A DNA stretch of 64,000 bases from NCBI GenBank assembly GCA_037444685.1, contig JBBILX010000011.1, positions 50,459-114,458 on the forward strand, written 5' to 3'. The notes under the pieces are model-generated. The model did no database searches. It saw nothing but the letters and a program-made list of their open reading frames with translations, and was not told the origin of the DNA. The stretch is from Gammaproteobacteria bacterium. Its GTDB lineage: Bacteria > Pseudomonadota > Gammaproteobacteria > Steroidobacterales > Steroidobacteraceae. This document shows, piece by piece, positions 53,259-63,825 of the stretch. Each line of letters starts with the position of its first letter. Position 1 is the first letter of the stretch. The translations under genes and the position numbers were made by a program.

Positions 53259-54338
53259 TCAGCTCTCTTCCGCCAGCAGCTCCGCCTGATGATCCTGCAG
53301 CAGCGGGTCGATCAGCTCGTCGAGATGGCCCTCCATGATGTCGGTGAGCCTGTAGAGCGTCAGGTCGATCCGGTGGTCCGTGACGCGCCCCTGCGGGAAG
53401 TTGTAAGTGCGGATCCGTCCCGAGCGGTCGCCGCTGCCGACCTGCAGCCTGCGCTCGCGTGCCTCCGCGGCATCGCGCTTCTCCTGTTCGGCGGCAAGCA
53501 GCCTGGCCTTGAGCAGCGCGAGCGCCCGGGCGCGGTTCTTGTGCTGCGATCGCTCGTCCTGGCATTCGACGACGATGCCGGTCGGCAGGTGCGTGATGCG
53601 CACTGCCGAATCGGTCTTGTTGACGTGCTGGCCGCCGGCTCCCGAGGCGCGGAAGGTGTCGATGCGAAGGTCCGCTGGATTGATCTCGATGTCGGACACC
53701 TCGTCGAGCTCGGGGAGGATGGCGACGGTGCAGGCCGAGGTGTGGATGCGGCCCTGGGCTTCGGTCGCCGGCACGCGCTGCACGCGATGTATGCCGGATT
53801 CGAACTTCAGCCGCGCGAAGACATCCGTGCCGGAGATCCGGCAGATCACTTCCTTGAAGCCGCCGTGCTCCCCCGGGCTCTCGCTGAGCATCTCGACCTG
53901 CCAGCCGCGCGATTCCGCGTAGCGCGTGTACATGCGCAGCAGGTCGCCGGCGAAGATGGCGGCCTCGTCGCCGCCCGTGCCGGCGCGCACTTCGAGGAAC
54001 ACGTTGCGTCCATCGCGCGGATCGCGGGGGACCAGCATCCGTCGCAACTGCTGCTCCTCGGCGTCGAGCAGCGCGGCGAGCCGGTGCGACTCCTCGGCGC
54101 CGAGCGTGCGCATCGCCGGGTCGCTGTCGCTCTCCATGGTTCGCGCGGCCTCGAGCTCCTGCTCGAGGCCGCGGTAGCCTGCATAGCGCTCGGCGAGCGG
54201 CGCCAGCCGCGCGTACTCCATCGACAGGTCGCGGAAGGTCCGCGACCCACCGTCGAGCGAGGGGTCGGCGAGCAGGCGCCCGACCTCCTCGAACCGCTCC
54301 ACGGTTCGCTCGAGACGCTGCCGGATGGAAGGCTTCAT
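53259..54338 (-). CDS. prfA: peptide chain release factor 1
   Basis: [12 protein letters not shown] (PxT) and [19 protein letters not shown] (GGQ) are present. I chose the internal ATG at 54338, giving 359 aa. Confidence 0.95.
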   Translation of the reverse strand: MKPSIRQRLERTVERFEEVGRLLADPSLDGGSRTFRDLSMEYARLAPLAERYAGYRGLEQELEAARTMESDSDPAMRTLGAEESHRLAALLDAEEQQLRRMLVPRDPRDGRNVFLEVRAGTGGDEAAIFAGDLLRMYTRYAESRGWQVEMLSESPGEHGGFKEVICRISGTDVFARLKFESGIHRVQRVPATEAQGRIHTSACTVAILPELDEVSDIEINPADLRIDTFRASGAGGQHVNKTDSAVRITHLPTGIVVECQDERSQHKNRARALALLKARLLAAEQEKRDAAEARERRLQVGSGDRSGRIRTYNFPQGRVTDHRIDLTLYRLTDIMEGHLDELIDPLLQDHQAELLAEES

Positions 54339-54445
54339 CGTGGCCGGCATTGTCCGGACCCGGCGACGGCCAGACAAGCGCTGCGGTGCGCGCCGCGCCA
54401 CGCCGCAGGCGGCCGCCGACCGAAGTCTTCGGATATATTGCCGAC

Positions 54446-56194
54446 ATGAGAAAGCTCTCCGTTTCGTCGTCGCGCCGCGCCGGGCCGGTCCTGCTGCGCG
54501 CGCCGCTGCTCGCGCTCGTGTTCGCTGGCGCCGCCACGTCGATCGCTGAGCCGGTCGCGGCGATGGCGCCGTCGGCGTCGGTGGTGCCCGGCGACGCGGC
54601 CGTTCAGGCGGCCGAGCTCGCGCTCGGCGGTGGCGACTGCCGCGGCGCGGCGGAGCGCTACGCGGCGCTCAGCGAGTCGCGTCGCGATACGCGCATCGCG
54701 CGGCGGGCCGTCGAGGTCGCGGTGTCGTGCCTGCACCTGCCGGCTGCCTGGCGCAGCGCCCGGCACTGGGAGCGCATCGATCCTGAGAACGTGGAAGCCC
54801 TGCGGGCCGCCGGTCTCGTCGCCCTCGAGCTCTACCGGCTCGAGGACGCGCGCCGGATCTTCGCGAGCCTGCTCTCCAAGCCCGACGTCGAGGCGGACCG
54901 CGCGCTGGCCGAGCTGCTGCCGCTCGTCAGCGAGGGAGACGACGCGCACGCGGCGTGGCGGACCTTCGACGTTGTCGTCGACCGCGCCGCGATCAACGAT
55001 GCGACGCGGCTGGCGCTGGCCGAGCTCGCGGTGGCCGCCGATCACTTCGGCGCGGCACGCAGCCTCGCGGAGTCGGTCGTCGAGCGCGACGCCGGCAACG
55101 CCAGTGCGCTGCGCCTGCTGGCGCTGCTGCGCGCCGGCGCCGATGACGCATCCGGCGCGCTCGAGGCCGCGCGCCGTGCTGTCGAGGCCGATCCGACAGG
55201 CCAGCGGTTCGCGGTCGTCGAGGTGCTGATCGAGCTCGGGCGCAACGAGGAGGCACACCGCGAGCTCGAACGACTGCTCGACGACGAGACCGTCCGCGAT
55301 GATGCCGAGCGCCGGCTCGCTTTGCTCGCGCTCTCCAGCGGCGATCTCGACGAGGCACGGCGCCGATTCGGCGAGCGGCTGCAGCGCGGCGCGGGCAGTG
55401 CCGAAGCGTTCTTCTATCTGGCCGTGCTCGCCGAGCGTCGCGGAGAGAAGGACCTGGCCCTGCAGAGCTATCTGCGACTGATCGAGGCGGGCGGCGGCCT
55501 GCTGCCGCGCGTGCGCGCGGCCTCGCTGCTGATCGACGCGGGCCGGTCCGACGAGGCGCTGAAGCTGTTCGACGATGTACCGCCCTCCAGTCGCGACGAT
55601 CCGCTCGACATCGCGATCGCCCGCAGCAATGCGCTGCTGACGGCCGGCGATGTGCGCGGCTCGCTCGCGGCGGTCGATGCGGCACTCGCGCGTCATCCCC
55701 AGCACCCGCAGCTGCTGTACCACCGCGCGATGCTGCTCGTGCGCAGCGACCGCCTGCGCGAGGCGATACGGGCGTTCGAGGCGCTGCTCGAGCAGCGGCC
55801 CGACGACCCGACCATCCTCAACGCGCTCGGCTATACGCTGGGCGACAATCGCCGGCGGCTCGCGCGCGCGACGCGCCTCGTCGAACGCGCACTCGAGCTC
55901 AGCCCGGACAACGCGGCGATCATGGACAGCGTCGGGTGGCTGCGTTTCCGCCGCGGCGATGCGGCGGGCGCATTGCCGCTGCTCGAGCGGGCGTACCGGA
56001 TCTCGCGCGACGCCGAGATTGCCGCGCACTGGGCGGAGGTGCTCTGGTCGATGGGCGATCGGGCAGGCGCCCGCCGCGTCTGGGCGCAGGCGCTCGTCCG
56101 CCACCCCGACTCCGAACCGCTGCTCGAGTCTTTCCGTCGCCTGACGGGCCAGATCCTCGGCCCGGTCACGCCACTTGACGACGCGAAGCCCTGA
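54446..56194 (+). CDS. secreted TPR-repeat protein
   Basis: It has a signal peptide ([19 protein letters not shown]) and repeated Ala/Leu-rich TPR-like helices (e.g. NALGYTL..., [15 protein letters not shown]). It has the conserved position directly upstream of lolB. Confidence 0.75.
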   Translation: MRKLSVSSSRRAGPVLLRAPLLALVFAGAATSIAEPVAAMAPSASVVPGDAAVQAAELALGGGDCRGAAERYAALSESRRDTRIARRAVEVAVSCLHLPAAWRSARHWERIDPENVEALRAAGLVALELYRLEDARRIFASLLSKPDVEADRALAELLPLVSEGDDAHAAWRTFDVVVDRAAINDATRLALAELAVAADHFGAARSLAESVVERDAGNASALRLLALLRAGADDASGALEAARRAVEADPTGQRFAVVEVLIELGRNEEAHRELERLLDDETVRDDAERRLALLALSSGDLDEARRRFGERLQRGAGSAEAFFYLAVLAERRGEKDLALQSYLRLIEAGGGLLPRVRAASLLIDAGRSDEALKLFDDVPPSSRDDPLDIAIARSNALLTAGDVRGSLAAVDAALARHPQHPQLLYHRAMLLVRSDRLREAIRAFEALLEQRPDDPTILNALGYTLGDNRRRLARATRLVERALELSPDNAAIMDSVGWLRFRRGDAAGALPLLERAYRISRDAEIAAHWAEVLWSMGDRAGARRVWAQALVRHPDSEPLLESFRRLTGQILGPVTPLDDAKP

Positions 56195-56792
56195 CCGCAA
56201 CTGCGTCGCGCTCGCCGGTCTGCTGTCGCTGACGCTGGCGGCATGCGTGTCGCGGCCCGTCACGGAGTCGGCGCTGGCGTTGCCCCCCGACTGGCCGACT
56301 CGACGCGAGCTGCTGCAGCAGCAGCGCGACTTCTCCCTGCGCGGACGGGTCGCGGTCGCCGCCGGCGAGCAGGGCTTTTCGGCGTCCTTGCGCTGGACCC
56401 AGCAGGGCGAGCAGACGCAGATCTGGCTCGACGGTCCGTTCGGACTCGGCGCGCTCGCGATTGAAACCGACGGTGCCGCACTGCTCGTGACCGACGCGCG
56501 CGGGCAGCGCTTCGATGGCGAAGCCGCGCGCGTCGAACTCGAGCGGCAGCTCGGCTTCGCCGTGCCGCTGGCCTCGCTGCGCTACTGGGTACAGGGACTG
56601 CCGTCGCCCGTGGCGCCGGCGGACGAGGCGCTCGAGAATGGACGGCCGCGCCTCGCGCGCCTCGAGCAGCTCGGCTGGACCGTCGAGTATCGCGAATACC
56701 AGCCCGCTCCCGCCGCGCATCGACCGCGACGCCTGGTGGCCAGCTACGCCGGTGCGCGGGTCCGGCTGCTGATCGAGAGATGGCTGCCGTGA
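56175..56792 (+). CDS. lolB: outer-membrane lipoprotein LolB
   Basis: It has a lipobox (LLSLTLAACVS). FSLRGRVAV and LRYWVQGLP are typical of LolB. It has a TTG start that overlaps the TPR gene by 20 nt. Confidence 0.75.
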   Translation: MTTRSPDRNCVALAGLLSLTLAACVSRPVTESALALPPDWPTRRELLQQQRDFSLRGRVAVAAGEQGFSASLRWTQQGEQTQIWLDGPFGLGALAIETDGAALLVTDARGQRFDGEAARVELERQLGFAVPLASLRYWVQGLPSPVAPADEALENGRPRLARLEQLGWTVEYREYQPAPAAHRPRRLVASYAGARVRLLIERWLP

Positions 56793-57643
56793 ATCCGGCG
56801 GAGCGCATCTGGCCGGCGCCGGCCAAGCTCAACCTGATGCTGCACGTGACCGGCCGGCGTGCCGATGGCTTTCACGAACTGCAGACCGTGTTCCAGCTGA
56901 TCGACCTCTGCGACGAACTGCGTTTCGAGGTCGCTGCCGACGGGCGGATCGAGCGCCTGGAAGGCGCTGCGGGGGTTCCACCCGCGGACGATCTCGCGGT
57001 CCGCGCCGCCCTCGCGTTGCGTGCGGCGACGGGTCGGCCCGAGCTCGGGGCGCGAATCCGCGTCCGCAAGCGCATTCCGATGGGCGGTGGGCTCGGCGGC
57101 GGCAGCACCGACGCCGCAACGACCCTCGTCGCGCTCAACGAGCTCTGGCGTCTGGGGCTCGATGTCGACGAACTGGCGGCGATCGGTCTCGGTCTGGGCG
57201 CCGACGTGCCGGTGTTCGTGCACGGCCGCAACGCCTGGGCGGAGGGCATCGGCGAGCGGCTGACTCCCCTGGAGCTGCCGCGACGCTGGTTTGTGATCGT
57301 CGATCCGGGCGTCTCGGTGCCGACCGGCGCGGTGTTCCAGGCGCCTGAATTGACACGAAATTCCCCCGTCATCACAATACGCGCCTTTTTGGACTCGGGT
57401 GGCCGCAACGATTGCGAGGCGGTCGTGCGTCGGCGCTTCCCGGCCGTGGCCGAGGCGCTCGACTGGCTGGGACGGGTCGCGCCGGCGCGGCTGACGGGTA
57501 CGGGTGCCTGCGTCTTCGCGGCCTTCGATCGCGTCGAGGACGCCGAGCGCGTGGCGGCCCGGGTGCCTGACACGTGGCGCAGCCTCGTGGCGCGCGGTCT
57601 CGATCGCTCGCCGCTGCGCGCGGGCGGGCGCGAGGACGACTGA
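56780..57643 (+). CDS. ispE: 4-diphosphocytidyl-2-C-methyl-D-erythritol kinase
   Basis: PAKLNLMLHVTGRRADGFHEL and the GHMP motif IPMGGGLGGGSTDAA are present. Confidence 0.92.
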   Translation: MAAVNPAERIWPAPAKLNLMLHVTGRRADGFHELQTVFQLIDLCDELRFEVAADGRIERLEGAAGVPPADDLAVRAALALRAATGRPELGARIRVRKRIPMGGGLGGGSTDAATTLVALNELWRLGLDVDELAAIGLGLGADVPVFVHGRNAWAEGIGERLTPLELPRRWFVIVDPGVSVPTGAVFQAPELTRNSPVITIRAFLDSGGRNDCEAVVRRRFPAVAEALDWLGRVAPARLTGTGACVFAAFDRVEDAERVAARVPDTWRSLVARGLDRSPLRAGGREDD

Positions 57644-57644
57644 T

Positions 57645-57719
57645 TGGGGTGTCGCCAAGTGGTAAGGCAGCGGGTTTTGATCCCGCCATTCGGAGGTTCG
57701 AATCCTTCCACCCCAGCCA
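57645..57719 (+). tRNA. tRNA-Gln (anticodon UUG)
   Basis: The 75-nt sequence TGGGGTGTCGCCAAGTGGTAAGGCAGCGGGTTTTGATCCCGCCATTCGGAGGTTCGAATCCTTCCACCCCAGCCA folds as a cloverleaf. The anticodon stem is GCGGG/CCCGC with loop TTTTGAT, and CCA is encoded. Confidence 0.93.
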
Positions 57720-57724
57720 ACCCA

Positions 57725-57742
57725 CCGGACCGCAGCGTCCGG
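57725..57742 (+). terminator. short perfect hairpin after the tRNA
   Basis: It reads CCGGAC-cgcagc-GTCCGG. There is no U-tract, so any function is speculative. Confidence 0.25.
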
Positions 57743-57766
57743 CGCTGACGACTGCTTGAGGATCGC

Positions 57767-58726
57767 TTGGTGGCGGACAGCCAGTCCTTCGCACTGTTCT
57801 CGGGTAATGCGAATCCCGCGCTGGCGCAGGATATCGCGCGTCACCTCATGGTGCCGCTCGGTCGAGCCTACGTCGGCCGGTTCAGCGATGGCGAAGTCAA
57901 CGTCGAGCTGATCGAGAACGTGCGCGGCCGCGATGTGTTCATCGTTCAGCCGACCTGCCCGCCCGTCAACGACAACCTCATGGAACTGCTGATCATGGCA
58001 GACGCTTGCCGCCGCGCGTCGGCCCGGTCCGTCACGGCCGTCGTGCCGTACTTCGGCTATTCGCGGCAGGACCGGCGTCCGCGGGCGACGCGCTCACCGA
58101 TCTCGGCCAAGCTCGTCGCCAACATGATGGTCGGCGCCGGCATCGACCGGGTGCTCACGGTCGACCTGCATGCCAACCAGATAGAGGGCTTCTTCGACAT
58201 CCCGGTGGACAATGTCTATGCCTCACCGGTGCTGCTCGGCGACGCCTGGCGGCAGCGCTACGAGAACATGATCGTCGTTTCACCCGACGTGGGCGGGGTG
58301 GTGCGTGCCCGCGCTCTGGCCAAGCGTCTCGATGACGTCGAGCTGGCCATCATCGACAAGCGGCGGCCGCGTCCCAACGAGTCGAAAGTCATGAACATCA
58401 TCGGCGAGGTGAACGGACGCACCTGCGTACTCATCGACGACATGGTCGACACCGCTGGCACGCTCTGCCTCGCCGCGCAGGCGCTCAAGGACGAGGGGGC
58501 TGTCAGGGTCGTAGCCTACATCACCCACGCGATCCTCTCCGGCAAGGCCGTCGCGCGGATCAGCGAGTCCGCACTTGACGAACTCGTCGTCACGGACACC
58601 ATCCCGCTGTCGGAATCCGCGCGGCAGTGCGGCCGGATCCGGCAGCTTACCGTCGCGGGCCTGCTCGGCGAGACGATACGCCGCATTCGCGACGAGGAGT
58701 CGGTCAGCTCGCTGTATGTCGATTGA
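57767..58726 (+). CDS. prs: ribose-phosphate pyrophosphokinase
   Basis: [25 protein letters not shown] and [11 protein letters not shown] are present. The start is TTG 57767 or GTG 57770. Confidence 0.95.
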   Translation: MVADSQSFALFSGNANPALAQDIARHLMVPLGRAYVGRFSDGEVNVELIENVRGRDVFIVQPTCPPVNDNLMELLIMADACRRASARSVTAVVPYFGYSRQDRRPRATRSPISAKLVANMMVGAGIDRVLTVDLHANQIEGFFDIPVDNVYASPVLLGDAWRQRYENMIVVSPDVGGVVRARALAKRLDDVELAIIDKRRPRPNESKVMNIIGEVNGRTCVLIDDMVDTAGTLCLAAQALKDEGAVRVVAYITHAILSGKAVARISESALDELVVTDTIPLSESARQCGRIRQLTVAGLLGETIRRIRDEESVSSLYVD

Positions 58727-58797
58727 CGGCGGCGGGCAGCGATTTTTTCACGTATGAGCTGTAGGCAATGGTGCCGAGGGCTTAAAGGAGCAAGCAG

Positions 58798-59493
58798 ATG
58801 AAGATCTCTTTCGAACTTTCCGCCGAATTCCGTGATGACCAGGGCAAGGGCGCCAGCCGCCGGCTGCGCCGCGCCGGCCGCGTTCCCGCGATCCTCTACG
58901 GCGGTCACCGCGATCCGCGTGCGCTGTCGCTGTCGCACGAGAAGCTCATGACCCTGGTCGAGAACGAGAAGTTCTACTCGTCGATCATCAACCTCAAGGT
59001 CGGTGACGCGACCCAGGCCGCGATCGTCAAGGACCTGCAGATGCACCCGGCCGAGCCGCGCGTGCTGCACGTCGATCTGCAGCGCGTGCTCGAGAACGAA
59101 AAGATCCGTCTGCGCCTGCCGATCCACCTGAAGGGGGCAACCACGAATCCCGGCGTCAAGACGCAGGGCGGCCAGGTCTCGCACCGCATTGCGGATGCCG
59201 AGGTGCAGTGCCTGCCGAAGGACCTGCCCGAGTTCCTCGAGCTCGACATGTCCGACATGACGATCAATCAGTCGAAGTTCCTCAGCGACATTCCCCTGCC
59301 GCCCGGCGTGACACTGACGGCGCTCGCACAGGGCAAGAACCAGGTCGTGGTCTCGATCCACGCGCCGCGCGCCGAGGAACCGGAGCCCGGCGCCGAGGCG
59401 GCGGCGACCACCGAGGGTGCCGTGGCGGCTGCACCGGCAGCCAGCGCCGAGGTCGCGAAGAAGGAAGAGCCGAAGAAGGAAGCCAAGAAGTAG
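58798..59493 (+). CDS. rplY: 50S ribosomal protein L25 / general stress protein Ctc form
   Basis: AAGGAG lies upstream. GKGASRRLRRAGRVPAILYG is present, with a long acidic/Lys-rich C-terminal tail. Confidence 0.92.
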   Translation: MKISFELSAEFRDDQGKGASRRLRRAGRVPAILYGGHRDPRALSLSHEKLMTLVENEKFYSSIINLKVGDATQAAIVKDLQMHPAEPRVLHVDLQRVLENEKIRLRLPIHLKGATTNPGVKTQGGQVSHRIADAEVQCLPKDLPEFLELDMSDMTINQSKFLSDIPLPPGVTLTALAQGKNQVVVSIHAPRAEEPEPGAEAAATTEGAVAAAPAASAEVAKKEEPKKEAKK

Positions 59494-59577
59494 GCTTCAT
59501 GCCGCTGAGCCGACGCAGCGCGCACCCGAGCGGTGCGCGCTGCGGGTTCGTCCGCTGACCCCCATGGGAGACTGCGC

Positions 59578-60180
59578 ATGCCGGGCACGGCGCTGCGACT
59601 GATCGTCGGGCTCGGTAACCCGGGCGAGCAGTACGCGCGCACCCGGCACAATGCCGGCTTCTGGCTCGTCGATGAGTTGGCACGGCGGAATCGGGCGACG
59701 TTCCGCGCGGAAGCGGGCCACCACGGCGAACTTGCGCGCGTGCAGATCGGCGGTGACGACCTCTGGCTGCTCAAGCCGACGACGTTCATGAATCGCAGTG
59801 GCGCGGCAATCGCCTCGGTCTGTGGCTTCTACAGGGTCGCGCCACAGGAGGTGCTCGTCGCGCACGACGAGATCGATCTGCCGGTGGGCTGCGTGCGGCT
59901 CAAGCAGGGCGGCGGCCACGGCGGTCACAACGGCCTTCGCGACGCGATCGCGGCGATCGGAGCGGACTTCTGGCGCATCCGGCTCGGGATCGGCCATCCG
60001 GGCCACCGCGACGAGGTCATCGATTACGTGCTGCGGCGCGCGCCCGCCGACGAGGACAGGCTGATCCAGGAGGCTGTGGTCGCGGCCGCCGACATCGTGC
60101 CGGTCATGCTGGCGGACGGCGCCCAGAAGGCGATGAACAGACTGCATTCCAGACCCGCCGGCAACCAGTCGCCGGCCTGA
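59578..60180 (+). CDS. pth: peptidyl-tRNA hydrolase
   Basis: [22 protein letters not shown] and [11 protein letters not shown] are present. I chose the internal ATG at 59578. Confidence 0.93.
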   Translation: MPGTALRLIVGLGNPGEQYARTRHNAGFWLVDELARRNRATFRAEAGHHGELARVQIGGDDLWLLKPTTFMNRSGAAIASVCGFYRVAPQEVLVAHDEIDLPVGCVRLKQGGGHGGHNGLRDAIAAIGADFWRIRLGIGHPGHRDEVIDYVLRRAPADEDRLIQEAVVAAADIVPVMLADGAQKAMNRLHSRPAGNQSPA

Positions 60181-60194
60181 GGAGCGATGGGATC

Positions 60195-61286
<1,092 letters not shown>

Positions 61287-61313
61287 CGCGCTCGGCGCGC
61301 GCCATCGATTCCG

Positions 61314-61517
61314 TCAGTCCTCGAGGATGAACGTCACGTTCATCCGCACGCGGTACTCGGAGATCGCGTTGTTCCTGACCAGCACTTCCTGGGAGGCGAT
61401 CCACGCCGCCGTGACGTTCTTGAGCGTCTTGGTGGCGCGCTTGAGACCTCTCGCGATCGCGTCGTCGAAGCTCTTTTTCGAGGAGGCGGTGATCTCGGTG
61501 TGGCGAGCGACGGACAT
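61314..61517 (-). CDS. dodecin-family flavin-binding protein
   Basis: The 67-aa sequence SVARHTEITASSKKSFDDAIARGLKRATKTLKNVTAAWI...EYRVRMNVTF matches the dodecin pattern. Confidence 0.8.
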   Translation of the reverse strand: MSVARHTEITASSKKSFDDAIARGLKRATKTLKNVTAAWIASQEVLVRNNAISEYRVRMNVTFILED

Positions 61518-61567
61518 GCTTTCACCTGTGGCGCGTTGGACGGCGCGGCACGGGTACCTCGCGACGT

Positions 61568-61597
61568 GCCGGCGTGCCGCGGGCCGGCGTGCCGCGG
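61568..61597. repeat. perfect tandem duplication 2 x 15 bp (GCCGGCGTGCCGCGG)
   Basis: I read it directly: 61568-61582 equals 61583-61597. It abuts the bfr stop codon (61599-61601). It can form a GCCGCGG/CCGCGGC stem. Confidence 0.9.
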
Positions 61598-61598
61598 C

Positions 61599-62078
61599 TC
61601 ACGAGGCCGGCGGCGCCATCTGCGACTGGCAGTAGTTCTGCAGGCCGACCTTGCCGATCAGCTCGAGCTGGGTCTCGAGGAAGTCGATGTGTTCCTCCTC
61701 CGATTCGAGGATCTTCCCGAGCAGCTCGCGGCTGACGAAGTCCCCGAGGCGTTCGCAGTCCGCGATCGCAGCCTTGAGGTCGGGGTGTGCCTGCATCTCG
61801 AGCTTCAGATCGCACTCGAGAACCTCCTGAATGTTCTCGCCGATCATGAGCCGGCCGATATCCTGCAGATTGGGCAGACCCTCGAGGAACAGCACGCGCT
61901 CCATGAGTGCGTCGGCGTGCTTCATCTCGTCGATCGACTCCTTGTATTCGTATTTGCCGAGCCGCTCGAAGCCCCAGTGCCGCAGCAGCCGGGAGTGCAT
62001 GAAATACTGGTTGATGGCCGTCAGCTCGTTCTTGAGCACCCTGTTGAGGTGCGCAATGATGGTCGGATCGCCTTTCAC
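61599..62078 (-). CDS. bfr: bacterioferritin
   Basis: MKGDPTIIAHLNRVLKNELTAINQYFMHSR, the heme-ligand context DEMKHAD, and EEEHIDFLETQL are present. Confidence 0.93.
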   Translation of the reverse strand: MKGDPTIIAHLNRVLKNELTAINQYFMHSRLLRHWGFERLGKYEYKESIDEMKHADALMERVLFLEGLPNLQDIGRLMIGENIQEVLECDLKLEMQAHPDLKAAIADCERLGDFVSRELLGKILESEEEHIDFLETQLELIGKVGLQNYCQSQMAPPAS

Positions 62079-62131
62079 TGAGTCTCCTCGAGTCCGTGCC
62101 CGCGCCTCGCGGCGCGTCCGTCGACGACGGC

Positions 62132-62323
62132 TCAGGAAGTTTGAAGTTCGGGCGTCTCGCTGTCTACGTGCTCTTCAATGACGGCCCTTGCTGCGGGCTC
62201 GCAGGAGCCACAGCAGGTCGAAACTCCGGTCCTCGCCTGCAGTTCCTCGAAGCTCCGGACACCGCTCGAGACCACCTCGCGCAGTCGCCGGTCCGAGATG
62301 CCATGGCAGATGCAGACGTACAC
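62132..62323 (-). CDS. bfd: bacterioferritin-associated ferredoxin (2Fe-2S)
   Basis: MYVCICHGISDRRLRE...CCGSC has the Bfd four-Cys pattern. Length is 63 aa. Confidence 0.88.
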   Translation of the reverse strand: MYVCICHGISDRRLREVVSSGVRSFEELQARTGVSTCCGSCEPAARAVIEEHVDSETPELQTS

Positions 62324-62360
62324 GATTCACTCCAGAACCGGACGGTTCGACGCGATGGTA

Positions 62361-62391
62361 AATACGAATCGGTCTCAAACGCAATACGAAT
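62361..62391. repeat. direct repeat AATACGAAT x2 in the bfd upstream region (candidate operator)
   Basis: AATACGAAT occurs at 62361-62369 and 62383-62391, that is 38-68 bp upstream of the bfd ATG. Confidence 0.5.
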
Positions 62392-62628
62392 GCGAGACGG
62401 CAGACGCCCGTTCCGTGCACAGGGGGCGCGAGCGGAGCGAGCGATTGCCGTGAGATCGAGTCCGTAAAGTGATGAAAAATCAGCGATTTATATGCGCTTT
62501 GCGGCGATCATGCTCTAATCAGTGGCGAATTCGAGGCCCTCGGTCGCGCCCGGATACCGGGTCGGCCCCTGATTCCCGCCTCGCCGATCGGTCATCATGC
62601 GCGTCCCTCGCCTTCGCCGGATCCCCGG

Positions 62629-63795
62629 ATGTTGCCCATGCCCGCCGACTCGCTGCTGATCCGATCCTCGTGGATGGACGCCGATCTCGAGATCTTTCGC
62701 GAGACGGTCGCGCGCTTCGTCGACGACGAGATGTCGCCGCACGACGCGCGCTGGCGCGCACAGCGCCACGTCGACCGCGAGGTCTGGCTCGCCGCGGGCC
62801 GCAATGGCCTGCTCTGCATGGACATCCCGCAGGAGTACGGTGGTATGGGCGGCGACATCCGCCACGAGGCCATCTTCTACGAGGAGCAGGCGCGGCGCGG
62901 CCTGTCGGGTTTCGGGCAGGGTGTGCACAGCATCTGCGCCCACTATCTGCTCAATCATGGCACCGAGGAGCAGAAGCGTCGGCTGATCCCGAAGCTCGCG
63001 AGCGGCGAACTGATCGGGGCGATCGCGTTCACCGAGCCCGGCGCCGGCTCGGACCTGCGCGGCCTGCGCACACGGGCAGTTCGCGACGGTGACCACTACG
63101 TCGTCAACGGCTCGAAGATCTTCATCACGAATGGTGGCCAGGCCGGCCTGATTGCGCTGGTCGTCAAGACCGGGAACGCGCGTGACTCCAAGGCCCTGTC
63201 GATCCTGATGGTCGAGACCGCAGGACTCGAGGGTTATCGCGTCGGTCGCGTGCTCGACAAGCTCGGCATGCACGCGCAGGACACCGCGGAGCTGTTCTTC
63301 GAGGACGCACGGATACCGGCCGCGAACCTGCTCGGCGGTGAGGAGGGCCGTGGCATGTACCAGCTCATGGCCGACCTGCCCTACGAACGGCTCGTCATCG
63401 CGATCTGCGCCGTCGCCGCGATGGAAGGCGCGGTCGAGGAGACCCGTCGCTACGTGCGCGAACGCAAGGCCTTCGGTCAGCCGATCGCCGACTTCCAGAA
63501 CACGCGCTTCAAGCTCGCCGAGGCGGCGACCACCGCGCGCGTCGCGCGCGCCTTCGTCGACGACTGCATCGAGCGCCAGCAGCGCGGCGAGCTCGATACC
63601 GTCACGGCGTCGATGGCGAAGTGGTGGACGACCGACATGCAGCAGCAGGTCATCGACGACTGCCTTCAGCTGTTCGGCGGCTACGGCTACATGGACGAAT
63701 ACCTCATCTGCCGCATGTTCGCCGACGCGCGCGTGCAGCGCATCTATGGCGGCACGAACGAGATCATGAAGGAGCTGATCGCACGGGCGCTCTGA
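62629..63795 (+). CDS. acyl-CoA dehydrogenase
   Basis: [10 protein letters not shown], the catalytic-base region [14 protein letters not shown], and typical length are present. An alternative ATG is at 62674. Confidence 0.9.
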   Translation: MLPMPADSLLIRSSWMDADLEIFRETVARFVDDEMSPHDARWRAQRHVDREVWLAAGRNGLLCMDIPQEYGGMGGDIRHEAIFYEEQARRGLSGFGQGVHSICAHYLLNHGTEEQKRRLIPKLASGELIGAIAFTEPGAGSDLRGLRTRAVRDGDHYVVNGSKIFITNGGQAGLIALVVKTGNARDSKALSILMVETAGLEGYRVGRVLDKLGMHAQDTAELFFEDARIPAANLLGGEEGRGMYQLMADLPYERLVIAICAVAAMEGAVEETRRYVRERKAFGQPIADFQNTRFKLAEAATTARVARAFVDDCIERQQRGELDTVTASMAKWWTTDMQQQVIDDCLQLFGGYGYMDEYLICRMFADARVQRIYGGTNEIMKELIARAL

Positions 63796-63825
63796 GGCGC
63801 CGCCCCCGCTTCGCCAGGATCCGAG

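Noticed and set aside
54335-56263. A 642-aa - strand ORF antisense to the TPR gene
   Set aside because: The + strand product has a signal peptide, TPR-like repeats and the conserved position upstream of lolB. The antisense translation is low-complexity (R/A/G/E) with no motifs.
57645-57766. tRNA-Gln as an integration hotspot or genomic island boundary
   Set aside because: Both flanks (ispE and prs) are in the conserved housekeeping order. There is no integrase, no direct repeat of the tRNA 3' end, and no compositional break.
61568-61597. A CRISPR-like or minisatellite array
   Set aside because: There are only two contiguous 15-bp copies with no spacers. It is a simple tandem duplication.
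62357-62395. A Fur box upstream of bfd
   Set aside because: The AATACGAAT repeats match the classical GATAATGATAATCATTATC consensus only weakly. I kept them as unassigned repeats rather than calling them a Fur site.
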